Positions 17,175 through 26,201 of a stretch of 29,496 bases of DNA are shown in pieces. The stretch covers positions 1 to 29,496 of the forward strand of contig JBKHBH010000020.1 in assembly GCA_046542505.1 (NCBI GenBank). Reading direction: 5' to 3'. Under the pieces are notes generated by a model. The model had not been told where the DNA came from. It ran no database searches and saw nothing but the letters and a program-made list of their open reading frames with translations. This DNA is from Thermovirgaceae bacterium (lineage in GTDB: Bacteria > Synergistota > Synergistia > Synergistales > Thermovirgaceae). Numbering within the stretch: position 1 is the stretch's first letter; every line of letters begins with the position of its first letter. The position numbers and the translations under genes are program-made.

Positions 17175-17954
17175 ATGTCCATGGAAAAAATCGTTATCGA
17201 AAAGGTCCAGGATCAGGTAACCTATGTCACCCTCAACCGCCCCGAAAAAATGAACGCCTTTGACACCTCACTGGCGGATGAGCTTAACCGGGCGTTTCTC
17301 GAGGTCGACACCGATGAGGGTACCAGTGTTGTCATCGTAAAGGGAGAAGGAAGATGTTTTTCCGCGGGGATTGATTTGAAAGAGCTTGGTGAAAAAACGG
17401 CCATGGAATACCGGGAATGGGTGGAGGCCATGGAACGCCCGCTTTTTCAGATTTCCAGGATGAAAAAACCGGTCATAGCCCAGGTTCACGGCGTGGCAGC
17501 CGCGAACGGACTCGGCCTGGTGGCCTCGGCTGACCTGGCGGTCGCTTCCGAAGGGGCGCGTCTGGGGCTCACTGCGATCAATGTGGGAATGAATTGCGTC
17601 GGGCCCGTTCTCCCCGTGTTGCGCAGCGTAGGGAGAAAACGAGCGCTGGAATTCCTCCTGACGGGTCGACTCGTCCCGGCGGGCGAGGCTCAGGAGATGG
17701 GTCTCCTCAACAAGGTTGTTCCTGAAGAAGAGCTGAAGGAAGCGACACTGGAACTGGCGCTTGTGCTTGCCAAAAAGGGGCCCGTCGCCCTGGAGCTCGC
17801 CAAGCGCGCCTTCTACATGGCGGAAGACATGCCTTATGAAAAACAGTTTGCCTATATGAACGAGGTTTTCGCAAGGCTTTGCACGACGCAAGACGCGAAA
17901 GAAGGCGTTCAGGCCTTCTTCGACAAGCGGGATCCCCGTTGGAAGGGATGCTGA
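17175..17954 (+). CDS. Enoyl-CoA hydratase/isomerase (crotonase) family protein
   Basis: TLNRPEKMNA, FSAGIDL, KPVIAQVHG, DAKEGVQAF..KR.P.WKG. Confidence 0.9.
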   Translation: MSMEKIVIEKVQDQVTYVTLNRPEKMNAFDTSLADELNRAFLEVDTDEGTSVVIVKGEGRCFSAGIDLKELGEKTAMEYREWVEAMERPLFQISRMKKPVIAQVHGVAAANGLGLVASADLAVASEGARLGLTAINVGMNCVGPVLPVLRSVGRKRALEFLLTGRLVPAGEAQEMGLLNKVVPEEELKEATLELALVLAKKGPVALELAKRAFYMAEDMPYEKQFAYMNEVFARLCTTQDAKEGVQAFFDKRDPRWKGC

Positions 17955-17975
17955 GGCGACGGATTTTCTGAACCG

Positions 17976-18737
17976 TTAGCCTGCGGTGGCCGTCGTCCGT
18001 TCCGGCGAAATCTCGAAATCGCAGACGAGCGGCAGATGATCCGAAAGAGACGTCTTGGGGACATCAAAGCTGGTGATCGACACGTCGGGGCTCGACAACA
18101 GGTAATCGAGCCTGCGTCTGGGGTTATGTGAAGGATACGTCGGCCGCCCCTCGGCGTCTGTGTCTCTGAGCCCCGCTTCTTCCATGAGCGGGACCAGTTC
18201 TTTTTTTCCCTTGAAGGTGTTGAGGTCTCCTCCGAGGAACATGGGGCCTTCAATGGTGCGCGCGTGCCTGGCGAGTTCCAGCATTTGCTCCTTTCGTGCC
18301 GCCTTCCCAAGGGAAAGGTGTGCCAAAGTGACGGTAAACCCCTCGAACTGTGCCTCGAGGAAGGTTCGCTTCATCCCTCGGGAAAAGGAATGTTCCCTGA
18401 CTGATTTCAGCGGCATCCTGGATATTATGGCGTTTCCCTGGGACCAGAGAATCGGGAGGTCCCTGAGAACCGACCCCTTGTGATATTTACAGGCAAAGGC
18501 GTGGTGCCAGCCGTTTTTTGCTGCCAGTGTTCCTGCCTGGCAGCGCCCGAAATTCCTGTAGGAACCGTTGTCGACTTCCACAAGGCAAAGGACATCGGCG
18601 TCGAGCTCGTCGAGGAAGGACCAGATGCGCTCGGCGGAAACGACAGAAGAGCGGAAGTATCCGGAGAAGGGGACCGGCAGATGGAAATCGAGGCCGGTGC
18701 CTGTGCCGTACCTGATGTTGTAAAGGGCAATTCTCAT
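17976..18737 (-). CDS. Endonuclease/exonuclease/phosphatase (EEP) family protein
   Basis: YNI, DVLCLVEVD, GNAIIS, HLSL, GDLN, TYPS..P.RRLDY, SDHLP. Start uncertain (18737, 18746 or 18752). Confidence 0.88.
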   Translation of the reverse strand: MRIALYNIRYGTGTGLDFHLPVPFSGYFRSSVVSAERIWSFLDELDADVLCLVEVDNGSYRNFGRCQAGTLAAKNGWHHAFACKYHKGSVLRDLPILWSQGNAIISRMPLKSVREHSFSRGMKRTFLEAQFEGFTVTLAHLSLGKAARKEQMLELARHARTIEGPMFLGGDLNTFKGKKELVPLMEEAGLRDTDAEGRPTYPSHNPRRRLDYLLSSPDVSITSFDVPKTSLSDHLPLVCDFEISPERTTATAG

Positions 18738-18910
18738 GTTTTTCATCTCCATGGGACCAGCGGAAGGACCCGAGCAGAACTGGAAGGTCTTTTGTGACTT
18801 CAAGGTCCGTAACCATTATACTGCAAACGGGTGTTCCTGTTGTTTTCCCGCAAAAAACTGGTAACATGACAGGTAGAAGGAAGTATCTGCTGAACTGGGA
18901 GGTGAAGGGA

Positions 18911-19363
18911 ATGAAAAAAGTCCTTGTTGCAATTGATGGAAGTGAAGTCAGTAAAAGCGTGATCGAATACGCGTTCCATTACGCTGCAAGGGAAAAGGAT
19001 GCCCGGATGATCTTCTTCCACGTTATCGAGTCTTCTGAAACAAGAGAATTGAATGTCCCCGGACATACGGCACATGTACCCCCTTCCGTTGAAGATGTTA
19101 AAAAATATTTTGAGGAGTTCGTTCGTGAGGTCCGTGATTCATCCGGTTATGACGTTACTTCCTACGATGTCGAGGTCAGGCATGGCGTCAACTATGAAGA
19201 GATAATTAATTACGCCGAAGAAAACGATGTTTACATGATCATGATAGGACACAGACGGTTGAGCAGGCTCAAACGCTTCTTCCTTGGAAGCGTCGCCGCA
19301 AAAGTTGTGGTTCACGCACCGTGCAGCGTCTTTGTGTACAGGCCCAAAGATCTGGGGGAATGA
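18911..19363 (+). CDS. Universal stress protein (UspA family)
   Basis: MKKVLVAIDGS, IMIGHR, FLGSVAAKVVVHAPCSV. Confidence 0.93.
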   Translation: MKKVLVAIDGSEVSKSVIEYAFHYAAREKDARMIFFHVIESSETRELNVPGHTAHVPPSVEDVKKYFEEFVREVRDSSGYDVTSYDVEVRHGVNYEEIINYAEENDVYMIMIGHRRLSRLKRFFLGSVAAKVVVHAPCSVFVYRPKDLGE

Positions 19364-19388
19364 AGCGAGGAAATGTTACAGAAGATGG

Positions 19389-19427
19389 AAGGGGAGGGGG
19401 TATACCCCCTCCCCTTTTTCTTGTTTT
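19389..19427 (+). terminator. Intrinsic terminator after usp
   Basis: Perfect 28-bp palindrome AAGGGGAGGGGGTA/TACCCCCTCCCCTT followed by a T-rich tract. Confidence 0.8.
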
Positions 19428-19520
19428 CTGCGAAAGGGCTCAATCCAGATGGTACACTCTAGGAGAAAGGCCTTTGGTGCAGGAAAGATGAAACGATCTT
19501 CAGGAAAAGACGGTGATAAG

Positions 19521-20549
19521 ATGAAACCTGTGAACGCAGTGATCTGGGGTCTTGGATCCATGGGGATCGGTCTGGCGCAAATGCTTTCCCAAAAAAATGG
19601 AATTCAGGTGTGCGGCGCCATTGACAAACAGCCGGAAAAAGTCGGCAAAGCTCTTTCGGCCTTGACGGCTTCCCACGACCATGATGATATCCGTATCGTG
19701 GAAAACCTGGCGGAATGTCCCCTGGATGATGCCGATGTCGTGCTGTTGGCCACGGCGTCTCATGTGAAAGACGTTTTCCCGCAGGTCATGGAAGCTCTCT
19801 CAAATGGGCTCGACGTTATCACCACGGCCGAGGAAATGGCCTATCCCCGACCGTCTGAACCGGAACTTTGCAAAAAAATGGACCATCTTGCAGTGGGACG
19901 GGGCCTCCGCGTGCTTGGTACAGGTATCAATCCGGGGTTTGTGATGGATCTTCTCGCCGCGATGCTGACCGCTCCCTGTACGGAAGTGAAAAGAATCAGG
20001 GTCACCAGGACGAATGACCTTTCTCCCTTCGGTCTGACGGTCCTGAAGGAGCAAGGTGTCGGAATGACCGCAACAGAATTCCGGCGCGGCGTGGAAGTTG
20101 GAACTGTGGAAGGCCACGTTGGATTTGTCCAGTCGATCCATATGATTTCCGATGCATTGGCCATGAATGTCGATCGGATCGAACAGTCTCGTGAACCGAT
20201 CATTTCTTCCGTTTACCGTGAGGAAAAAGGCATACCAGTGAGGCCGGGCATGGTCGCCGGGTGCCGGCAGACAGGCCGGGGATATCGGAAAGATGAATGT
20301 GTTATAGAACTCATTCATCCCCAGCAGATCCATCCGTGGATGGAAAACGTCGAAACTGGGGACTTTGTCGAGATCTTCGGCACGCCCGACATTACCATGA
20401 GCATAAAGCCGGAAATCCCCGGTGGTTTGGGTACAGCAGGGCTTGTCGTGAACTCGATACCACTTGTCCTTTCGGCCCGGCCGGGCCTTTTGACAATGCT
20501 GAACCTGCCGGTTCCGACGGCGTTCACGGCTGGTTTCCCGTCGAGGTAG
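19521..20549 (+). CDS. ord: 2,4-diaminopentanoate dehydrogenase (ornithine oxidation)
   Basis: IWGLGSMG, TTAEEMAYP, LGTGINPGFVMD, NDLSPFG..V.KEQGVG, GHVGF..SI, HPQQIHP, IKPEIPGG. Confidence 0.85.
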   Translation: MKPVNAVIWGLGSMGIGLAQMLSQKNGIQVCGAIDKQPEKVGKALSALTASHDHDDIRIVENLAECPLDDADVVLLATASHVKDVFPQVMEALSNGLDVITTAEEMAYPRPSEPELCKKMDHLAVGRGLRVLGTGINPGFVMDLLAAMLTAPCTEVKRIRVTRTNDLSPFGLTVLKEQGVGMTATEFRRGVEVGTVEGHVGFVQSIHMISDALAMNVDRIEQSREPIISSVYREEKGIPVRPGMVAGCRQTGRGYRKDECVIELIHPQQIHPWMENVETGDFVEIFGTPDITMSIKPEIPGGLGTAGLVVNSIPLVLSARPGLLTMLNLPVPTAFTAGFPSR

Positions 20550-20593
20550 GTTTTGGCATCGGCAGGCTTCTGGGCTGTATGGATCAATGAAAC

Positions 20594-20621
20594 TTGACAA
20601 AACTGACCTGTAGGGGATAAT
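20594..20621 (+). promoter_or_regulatory. Sigma70-type promoter of the DEAD-box helicase gene
   Basis: TTGACA (20594-20599), N16, GATAAT (20616-20621). Confidence 0.65.
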
Positions 20622-20721
20622 TAACCGGTTGCCATGAAAGGGCATGCATTCAAGAGGGCGCCCCGTGCATAGGGCGCTATTTTTGTGTCTGCCCATAAAA
20701 TACAGGAGGAAAAACAGTTTG

Positions 20722-22440
20722 ATGAATGAAACAGGTACCGCCCTTTTTGAAGGTATTGGAACAGAACTGGCGCAGAGGCTCGGAAAAAGGGGATTCACGG
20801 GTTTTACTCCCGTTCAGGAAGAAGTTCTCCAGCTTGAAGATCACAAGAAAGATATGATCGTCCGGGCCAAGACCGGTTCGGGAAAGACCCTGGCTTTTCT
20901 GCTCCCGCTCTATGATGAAGGAAGATTGCAAAAGGGTTCCGCCCGGGTTGTCATCCTTTCGCCAACACGGGAGCTCGCCCAGCAGACGGCAAAGGAAGCA
21001 AAGTGGCTGGCCAGCGGTCAGGATATCGAAACAGCCACTCTGGTAGGTGGTATGGATATGTCCACCCAGATCAGGGATCTCAGAAAAGGGGCCTCGGTCA
21101 TCGTCGGAACGCCTGGCCGGACGCTGGATCACCTCAAAAGAGGAACTCTCGACGTTTCGGCCGTCCATACCGTCATCCTTGATGAGGGTGACCAGATGCT
21201 CGACATGGGATTCAGGGAAGAGCTCGAGGCCATACTGGAATCGGCCAAATCACGGGAGCGGACCTGGCTTTTTTCGGCGACGATGCCCCCGGAAATGCGG
21301 AGGCTCTTGAAGAAATATCTTACGGAACCGCGGTTCCTTTCCCTTGTGGAAGAGGGACAGCAGCATTCCGAAATCAGGCACAAGGTTTACCAGGTTCCGC
21401 AGAGGAAGAAAATTGAAGGCTTGATAAACGTCCTGCTGTGGGAAAATCCGGAAAAGGGACTGATATTCTGCCATACGAAGGCGGAAACAGGTGATATATC
21501 GAGGCGCCTGGCGGAAGAAGGCTTTGCGGCCCGCTGCCTTCACGGCGATATGACCCAACGTGAGCGAAACACGACCCTGTCGGCCTTCCGTAATGGCCAC
21601 ATCGCCTTGCTCGTGGCGACCAACGTGGCGGCCAGGGGGCTCGATGTTCCCGAGATCGAAAAAGTAATCCAGTTCGGCTTGCCCGACGATATGGAGACCT
21701 TTACCCACAGGAGCGGCAGGACAGGGAGGGCCGGTGAAGAAGGTGAGAACATCGTCGTTCTCTGTCCTCGAGATGCGGCGAAATTCAGGGGGATGATCCG
21801 GCGGACGGCGGTTGAGGCTGAATGGCTCAAGGTCCCCGACGGAGAGGAAATAAAGCGGAAGCATCGCCTCAAAAGACAACGTAACTTCACTGGAGAGGAC
21901 GGCGCCGAGCCGGCGGAAGACATTCGTGACTGGGCCCGGCGGCTTCTTGAAGAAGAATCCCCCGAAATGCTTGTTTCGAGGCTCCTTGAGCAAATCGACA
22001 AGAACATGCCTGGAGGGTACGAGCTCAAAGAGGAGCTTGAGAGAGACCTGTCCCGGAAAAATACGCAAAAGAGGAATTTCGAAACCTCGGCGCCTAAAAG
22101 ACAGAAAAGAATGTCGCGAAGCTCCTGCACGGCCGTTAAGCTTGGCCTCCTTTCTTCGAAGGACTGGAATGTCGGAAGAGTCCTGAGCGGCATCTGCAAT
22201 GCTCTCGATGTAAGCAGCAAGGATGTGGCAAAAATCGATATCCAGGGAGATTCTGCGAAGGTGGAGCTCATGCCGGAAGCGCTGGGCAAGTTCCGTGCAG
22301 ACTCCCGATCACTGCAAAAATGGGGGTTCACTAAAGAGGACGTTTCAGGGTCGGGAAACAGAAAGGCCTTTTTGGGGCAGGGAAAAAGAGAACAGCGGAG
22401 GACTGTCAAAAACCGCAGGGACAAGCAAAGGACATATTAA
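20722..22440 (+). CDS. DEAD-box RNA helicase (DeaD/CshA-like, probable DbpA-type C-terminal domain)
   Basis: TPVQ, AKTGSGKT, PTRELA, GTPGR, DEGD, SAT, ARGLD, HRSGRTGR, basic tail. RBS AGGAGG; start at TTG 20719 or ATG 20722. Confidence 0.93.
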   Translation: MNETGTALFEGIGTELAQRLGKRGFTGFTPVQEEVLQLEDHKKDMIVRAKTGSGKTLAFLLPLYDEGRLQKGSARVVILSPTRELAQQTAKEAKWLASGQDIETATLVGGMDMSTQIRDLRKGASVIVGTPGRTLDHLKRGTLDVSAVHTVILDEGDQMLDMGFREELEAILESAKSRERTWLFSATMPPEMRRLLKKYLTEPRFLSLVEEGQQHSEIRHKVYQVPQRKKIEGLINVLLWENPEKGLIFCHTKAETGDISRRLAEEGFAARCLHGDMTQRERNTTLSAFRNGHIALLVATNVAARGLDVPEIEKVIQFGLPDDMETFTHRSGRTGRAGEEGENIVVLCPRDAAKFRGMIRRTAVEAEWLKVPDGEEIKRKHRLKRQRNFTGEDGAEPAEDIRDWARRLLEEESPEMLVSRLLEQIDKNMPGGYELKEELERDLSRKNTQKRNFETSAPKRQKRMSRSSCTAVKLGLLSSKDWNVGRVLSGICNALDVSSKDVAKIDIQGDSAKVELMPEALGKFRADSRSLQKWGFTKEDVSGSGNRKAFLGQGKREQRRTVKNRRDKQRTY

Positions 22441-22452
22441 AAGCGAAAAATA

Positions 22453-22499
22453 GGCAAACAGAAAAAGAAGGCCTCTGAGGCCTTCTTTTTCTGTTTGCC
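22453..22499. terminator. Long perfect inverted repeat / intrinsic terminator after the helicase gene
   Basis: GGCAAACAGAAAAAGAAGGCCTC-T-GAGGCCTTCTTTTTCTGTTTGCC, with 23-bp perfect arms. Confidence 0.85.
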
Positions 22500-22601
22500 G
22501 TATCTTGTTTGTTGTTTAGGCCACGTGGCGGTGAACGAACCAGATGGCAAAAGTGTCGAAACGACTCGATTCAGGGAGAAACAATTATTGGAGGGATCAA
22601 A

Positions 22602-23258
22602 ATGATCCTGGCTTTGCATTCAAGTCCTGTCCAAAAGGGCAATCTGGAAAGCATGGTGCTTCGGATCGCTGAAGCTTCAGGGATTTCTTTCGAAATGATA
22701 CGTCTGTCGGACCTGGATATAAAACCCTGCAAGGGGTGTCTCGAGTGCACAAAGACCAGGCGTTGCATTCATGATGACGACATGTCGAAACTTTATGATC
22801 AACTCGAAAAGGCCGAAGGATTTGTCATTGGTGGTGTCAATTACAACGACCGCCTGAACGCCACAGGTCACCTTTTTCTGGAGCGGTTGTATCCTCTTTA
22901 TCACCATGAGCCTGTTTTCAGGGGCAAGCCAGTGGCCATAGCTGCAGTGGGTGGAGAAGACCCAGCGCCGGCGTCGCAAGACCTCGAGGATTACCTCGAA
23001 AAAATCTGGTGCTTCGACATCACGGGCCGGGTTTCTTTCAAATCGGGAATATATCCGTGCTTCTCATGCGGCTTCGGGACAAAATGTCAGGCGGGAATGC
23101 CTTCGCTGCACTGGTCACCGGAAAAATTTGCGGCTTTCAGGAGAGTAAGCACAGGCCTTTTCCACAGGTTCGAGGATGACGGAAAGACGGCATCCCTTTG
23201 CAACAGGATAGGGCGATCCCTTGGGTTTGCCGTAAGTGATCGTCGGGAATCGTGCTGA
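22602..23258 (+). CDS. Flavodoxin-like NAD(P)H-dependent FMN reductase / iron-sulfur flavoprotein
   Basis: SSP..GN, IKPCKGCLEC.....C..DDM (Isf-type Cys motif), FLERLY, GKP. Confidence 0.82.
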   Translation: MILALHSSPVQKGNLESMVLRIAEASGISFEMIRLSDLDIKPCKGCLECTKTRRCIHDDDMSKLYDQLEKAEGFVIGGVNYNDRLNATGHLFLERLYPLYHHEPVFRGKPVAIAAVGGEDPAPASQDLEDYLEKIWCFDITGRVSFKSGIYPCFSCGFGTKCQAGMPSLHWSPEKFAAFRRVSTGLFHRFEDDGKTASLCNRIGRSLGFAVSDRRESC

Positions 23259-23278
23259 TATTTTCAAAATCTCCCGAC

Positions 23279-24496
23279 TCAGGCATCTGTGATGCTTTCG
23301 GTTTCTTTACGGGGTTGAAAGGTGACGCCGAAAAGAGCTGTCAGGGGGATGGTTAAAAGCAGCCCCGCCGTTCCCGCGAGACCCCTGACGATTTCTTCAG
23401 CCACAGCCGGGTTGTTCAGCAGAGCCATCGGAACGGGTTCCGCCTCGGTGATCAGAAGGGCAAGAACCAGCGAGTTCCCGAAATAGGCAAACACCAGGGT
23501 GTTGACCATGCTGCCGAGCACTTCCCGCCCCACGTTCAGGCCTGACTGAAAAAGGTCCGCAGAGGGGATGTCGGGGTTGTAGTCTTTCATCTCCGCCATG
23601 GATGACGTGACCGATATGGCCACGTCGAGGACGGCTCCGGATGCGCCGATAATGATTGAGGAAAGGAGGATTCCCCTGAGGTTGAGTTCGGGCAAGGTCG
23701 AGGCGAGAAGCGAACCGTTTTCCGTTGAAAGGCCCGACAGGTCCAGCAGGATGACCGAAAACCATCCGAAAAGAAGCGCCGACGCACACCCCCCCAAGGC
23801 TCCAAGAAAAGCCGACGGCCAGCAGCTTCTCCTTCTCAGGACCAGGATTACCGTAATCACAACGACCCCGGCCACGACCATGACGGTCAATACCTGAGGT
23901 GACTGCCCTCTCAAAAGTCCGGGGAGCAGAACCTTTATGAGGATGACGAAAGACAACAGCAGGGCAGAAAGCGCCCGCACGCCGGCACCTCCGGCGACAA
24001 GGCAGAAGAATGCGGCTGAAGCGGCCAGGATCCCCACGAGAATCGGTGCCCTGAAGAGGTCTGTTATGAAATAGACTCGTTTCCCGTCCTCATAGTCATT
24101 GAAGGACAGGACGTAATGCTGTCCTGTTTTGAGATCAATGCCGGAAGTATCAAGGTGTTCGACGCGGACGGTGGCTGATGACCCTTTCTTTTCACCGCTC
24201 AAATGCAGGATCTGGATGTCAAGCTCCGTTGTTTCCCATGTACCGAGAACTTCTGTGGACTCCGACGTTTTCTCCACCGGGGTGAAGTTTTTGAGCTCCA
24301 CTATCCAGCTGTCTTCCAGGGGCCATTGTTCGAGCATGACGTTGCGAGCAAGGGTTGTCGAAATGAATCCCACCACCACAGCAAAAACAAGCATAAGGAC
24401 AAATCGTGCAAAAATCCGGAATTTCAAGGGGAGATCTCCTTTCACTTTTTTGTGTCCAGTAGGCTGAAGACCCGTATCCAAATATAACGCTTCCAA
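23279..24496 (-). CDS. YibE/F family membrane protein
   Basis: IIGASGAVLDVAISVTSS, GLNVGREVLGSMVNTLVFAYFG, EEIVRGLAG..GLLLTIP, multiple TM segments. Start uncertain. Confidence 0.85.
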   Translation of the reverse strand: MEALYLDTGLQPTGHKKVKGDLPLKFRIFARFVLMLVFAVVVGFISTTLARNVMLEQWPLEDSWIVELKNFTPVEKTSESTEVLGTWETTELDIQILHLSGEKKGSSATVRVEHLDTSGIDLKTGQHYVLSFNDYEDGKRVYFITDLFRAPILVGILAASAAFFCLVAGGAGVRALSALLLSFVILIKVLLPGLLRGQSPQVLTVMVVAGVVVITVILVLRRRSCWPSAFLGALGGCASALLFGWFSVILLDLSGLSTENGSLLASTLPELNLRGILLSSIIIGASGAVLDVAISVTSSMAEMKDYNPDIPSADLFQSGLNVGREVLGSMVNTLVFAYFGNSLVLALLITEAEPVPMALLNNPAVAEEIVRGLAGTAGLLLTIPLTALFGVTFQPRKETESITDA

Positions 24497-24547
24497 AAGA
24501 AGAGTATACCGGGAAGCAGTGCAAAAGCACCAGAAATGTTGCGGGAT

Positions 24548-25096
24548 TTAAAGGAAGAGATCTAGGAGCTGACGCTGGTAATGAGTGAGTTCGAGAAGGG
24601 AACACTTCGAAGCGGGATAAATCTCAAAGTCGTCCGGGAAACAATCTGAAAGGATTTCACTTGTCCCTGTTTCTGGGGAATGGGACATCAAGTCTCGGGA
24701 CGGGACCAGATAAATGCTGCGGATCGTCCACGCAGAATAAAAACCGGAAGAGCCCCCCTTGCGGGAATCCCGTCCGCCTATGAAAAGAAAATAATCTGTT
24801 TTTGGGCACCTTTGAATAAAAGAGGAAAAGCAATCTGCGGGAACACGTGCGATCTGCACAGAAGCACCCTTAAGGGGGCCGTCTGCAAATATGCCGGATA
24901 GAAACGGGCATGAGGTTGATTCTTCAAGACCGATGTTCAGGACACACGAGCAGACAAAGGCTGCCACATATTCAGCCCTGGCCTTCATGCCGATGAGATG
25001 TGCAATCTCTAGTTCTGAGTAGTTTTTCAGGGCAAGGAGATCCGACAGTCGTCGCATAGCGTCTTGTTTTGCGTCGCATTTCCTGAGCTCATTCAT
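24548..25096 (-). CDS. Hypothetical protein, possibly with a degenerate PD-(D/E)XK-like fold
   Basis: 182-aa ORF with a GAGGG RBS and an AT-rich upstream region containing TATAAT boxes on the minus strand. Confidence 0.65.
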   Translation of the reverse strand: MNELRKCDAKQDAMRRLSDLLALKNYSELEIAHLIGMKARAEYVAAFVCSCVLNIGLEESTSCPFLSGIFADGPLKGASVQIARVPADCFSSFIQRCPKTDYFLFIGGRDSRKGGSSGFYSAWTIRSIYLVPSRDLMSHSPETGTSEILSDCFPDDFEIYPASKCSLLELTHYQRQLLDLFL

Positions 25097-25383
25097 TTTT
25101 CCCTCTTTGGCTTTATCAATAACCTTGTCGATGTGAGGGTCTTCTTGATTATAGATTATTAATCTCGCAATGAGATCATACCCTTTTTTTATGATTATAA
25201 CAAGATGAGTTTAAAGGTCTCCTGTTTTTTATGAAATGAGTAAAGCAAAACATACCGGTTTTAGGGTGAAGTGCCTCAAGTGCCGCGTCCAGTCCCAGTG
25301 GTAAGGAAGAAACAATCAAAACTGCGGACAGGACCGATGCAGGTGGCTTCTTCCTTGTCTGCGGAAGCATCCGGTGGGTATTG

Positions 25384-25419
25384 AAAGAGGAGCAGGCCCG
25401 CAGTGAAACAGCCCGCTCC
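25384..25419 (-). terminator. Probable intrinsic terminator after wrbA
   Basis: Minus strand GGAGCGGGC...GCCTGCTCC followed by TCTTT, 12 nt after the stop. Confidence 0.5.
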
Positions 25420-25431
25420 ATGTAGTCCCGT

Positions 25432-26076
25432 TCACGATGTCAGTTTTTTCAGCATTTCTTCCCGGTTTTCGGCCATTGTAGAGGCGAGAAGGGCGATGTA
25501 TTTTCCCTGAAACCGGGCTCCCGCCAAGTCAGTCTCGGAGGGCTTTCTTTCCCCGGCTCCTCCGGCTATTGTAGAGGCGCCGTAGGGGCTTCCGCCGACG
25601 ATAGCGCTATTGTCTGTCTGGCCCGCAAAGGTGTAGGGGAGACCGGCTATGACCATGCCATGGTGCAGCAGGGTGATGTGGAAACTCAGAATGGTGGACT
25701 CCTGCCCTCCATGCTGGGTACCGGAGCTGGTGAATACGCCCCCGACTTTGCCGACGAGGGCCCTTTTTTGCCAGAGTCCGCCTGTGGCGTCCAGAAAAAA
25801 CCGCATTTGGGCGGCCATATTCCCGAAACGCGTCGGTGTTCCGAAGAGGATGGCATCAGTGTTTTCAAGGTCCTCGGGCGTTGCCTTCGGGATGTGGGCA
25901 AAGGATTTCTGCGCCTCGAGGGCCCCCATTTTCTGGAGAACTTCCTGAGGGAGAGTTTCAGGAACTCTCTTGATGTAGACAGTGGTGTCGGGGATTTCAC
26001 GGGCACCTGCCGCTGCAGCCTCGGCCATGGCATATATGTGTCCATATGTGGAGTAGAAAAGAATCAGAACTCTCAT
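25432..26076 (-). CDS. wrbA: NAD(P)H:quinone oxidoreductase WrbA
   Basis: FYSTYGH, RVPET, FGTPTRFGNM, TQHGGQESTI, GGSPYGA. Confidence 0.95.
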   Translation of the reverse strand: MRVLILFYSTYGHIYAMAEAAAAGAREIPDTTVYIKRVPETLPQEVLQKMGALEAQKSFAHIPKATPEDLENTDAILFGTPTRFGNMAAQMRFFLDATGGLWQKRALVGKVGGVFTSSGTQHGGQESTILSFHITLLHHGMVIAGLPYTFAGQTDNSAIVGGSPYGASTIAGGAGERKPSETDLAGARFQGKYIALLASTMAENREEMLKKLTS

Positions 26077-26201
26077 GTATACTTACCTCCGTATATTTGC
26101 CAGGATGTCATGGTCTTATGATACCATCTATGTGAAGCAGCGATAAGGTTTTGTGTTTCGGTGAATCGGCAGCTCCGTCATTCCCCTGAGCGGTTGTGCA
26201 T

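Noticed and set aside
22546..22580. GGCAAAA-GTGTC-GAAA-CGAC resembling a c-di-GMP-I riboswitch P1
   Set aside because: The following GACGCAAA junction and second hairpin are absent.
25176..25421. 81-aa ORF or ncRNA between the hypothetical gene and wrbA
   Set aside because: It overlaps a terminator and AT-rich promoter DNA, has no clear RBS, and shows no RNA family features I can recognise.
22602..26076. Fe-S flavoprotein or WrbA as the missing dihydromethanopterin reductase
   Set aside because: Both are flavodoxin-like housekeeping families rather than AfpA/DmrB or DmrA type, and they lie more than 11 kb from the island.
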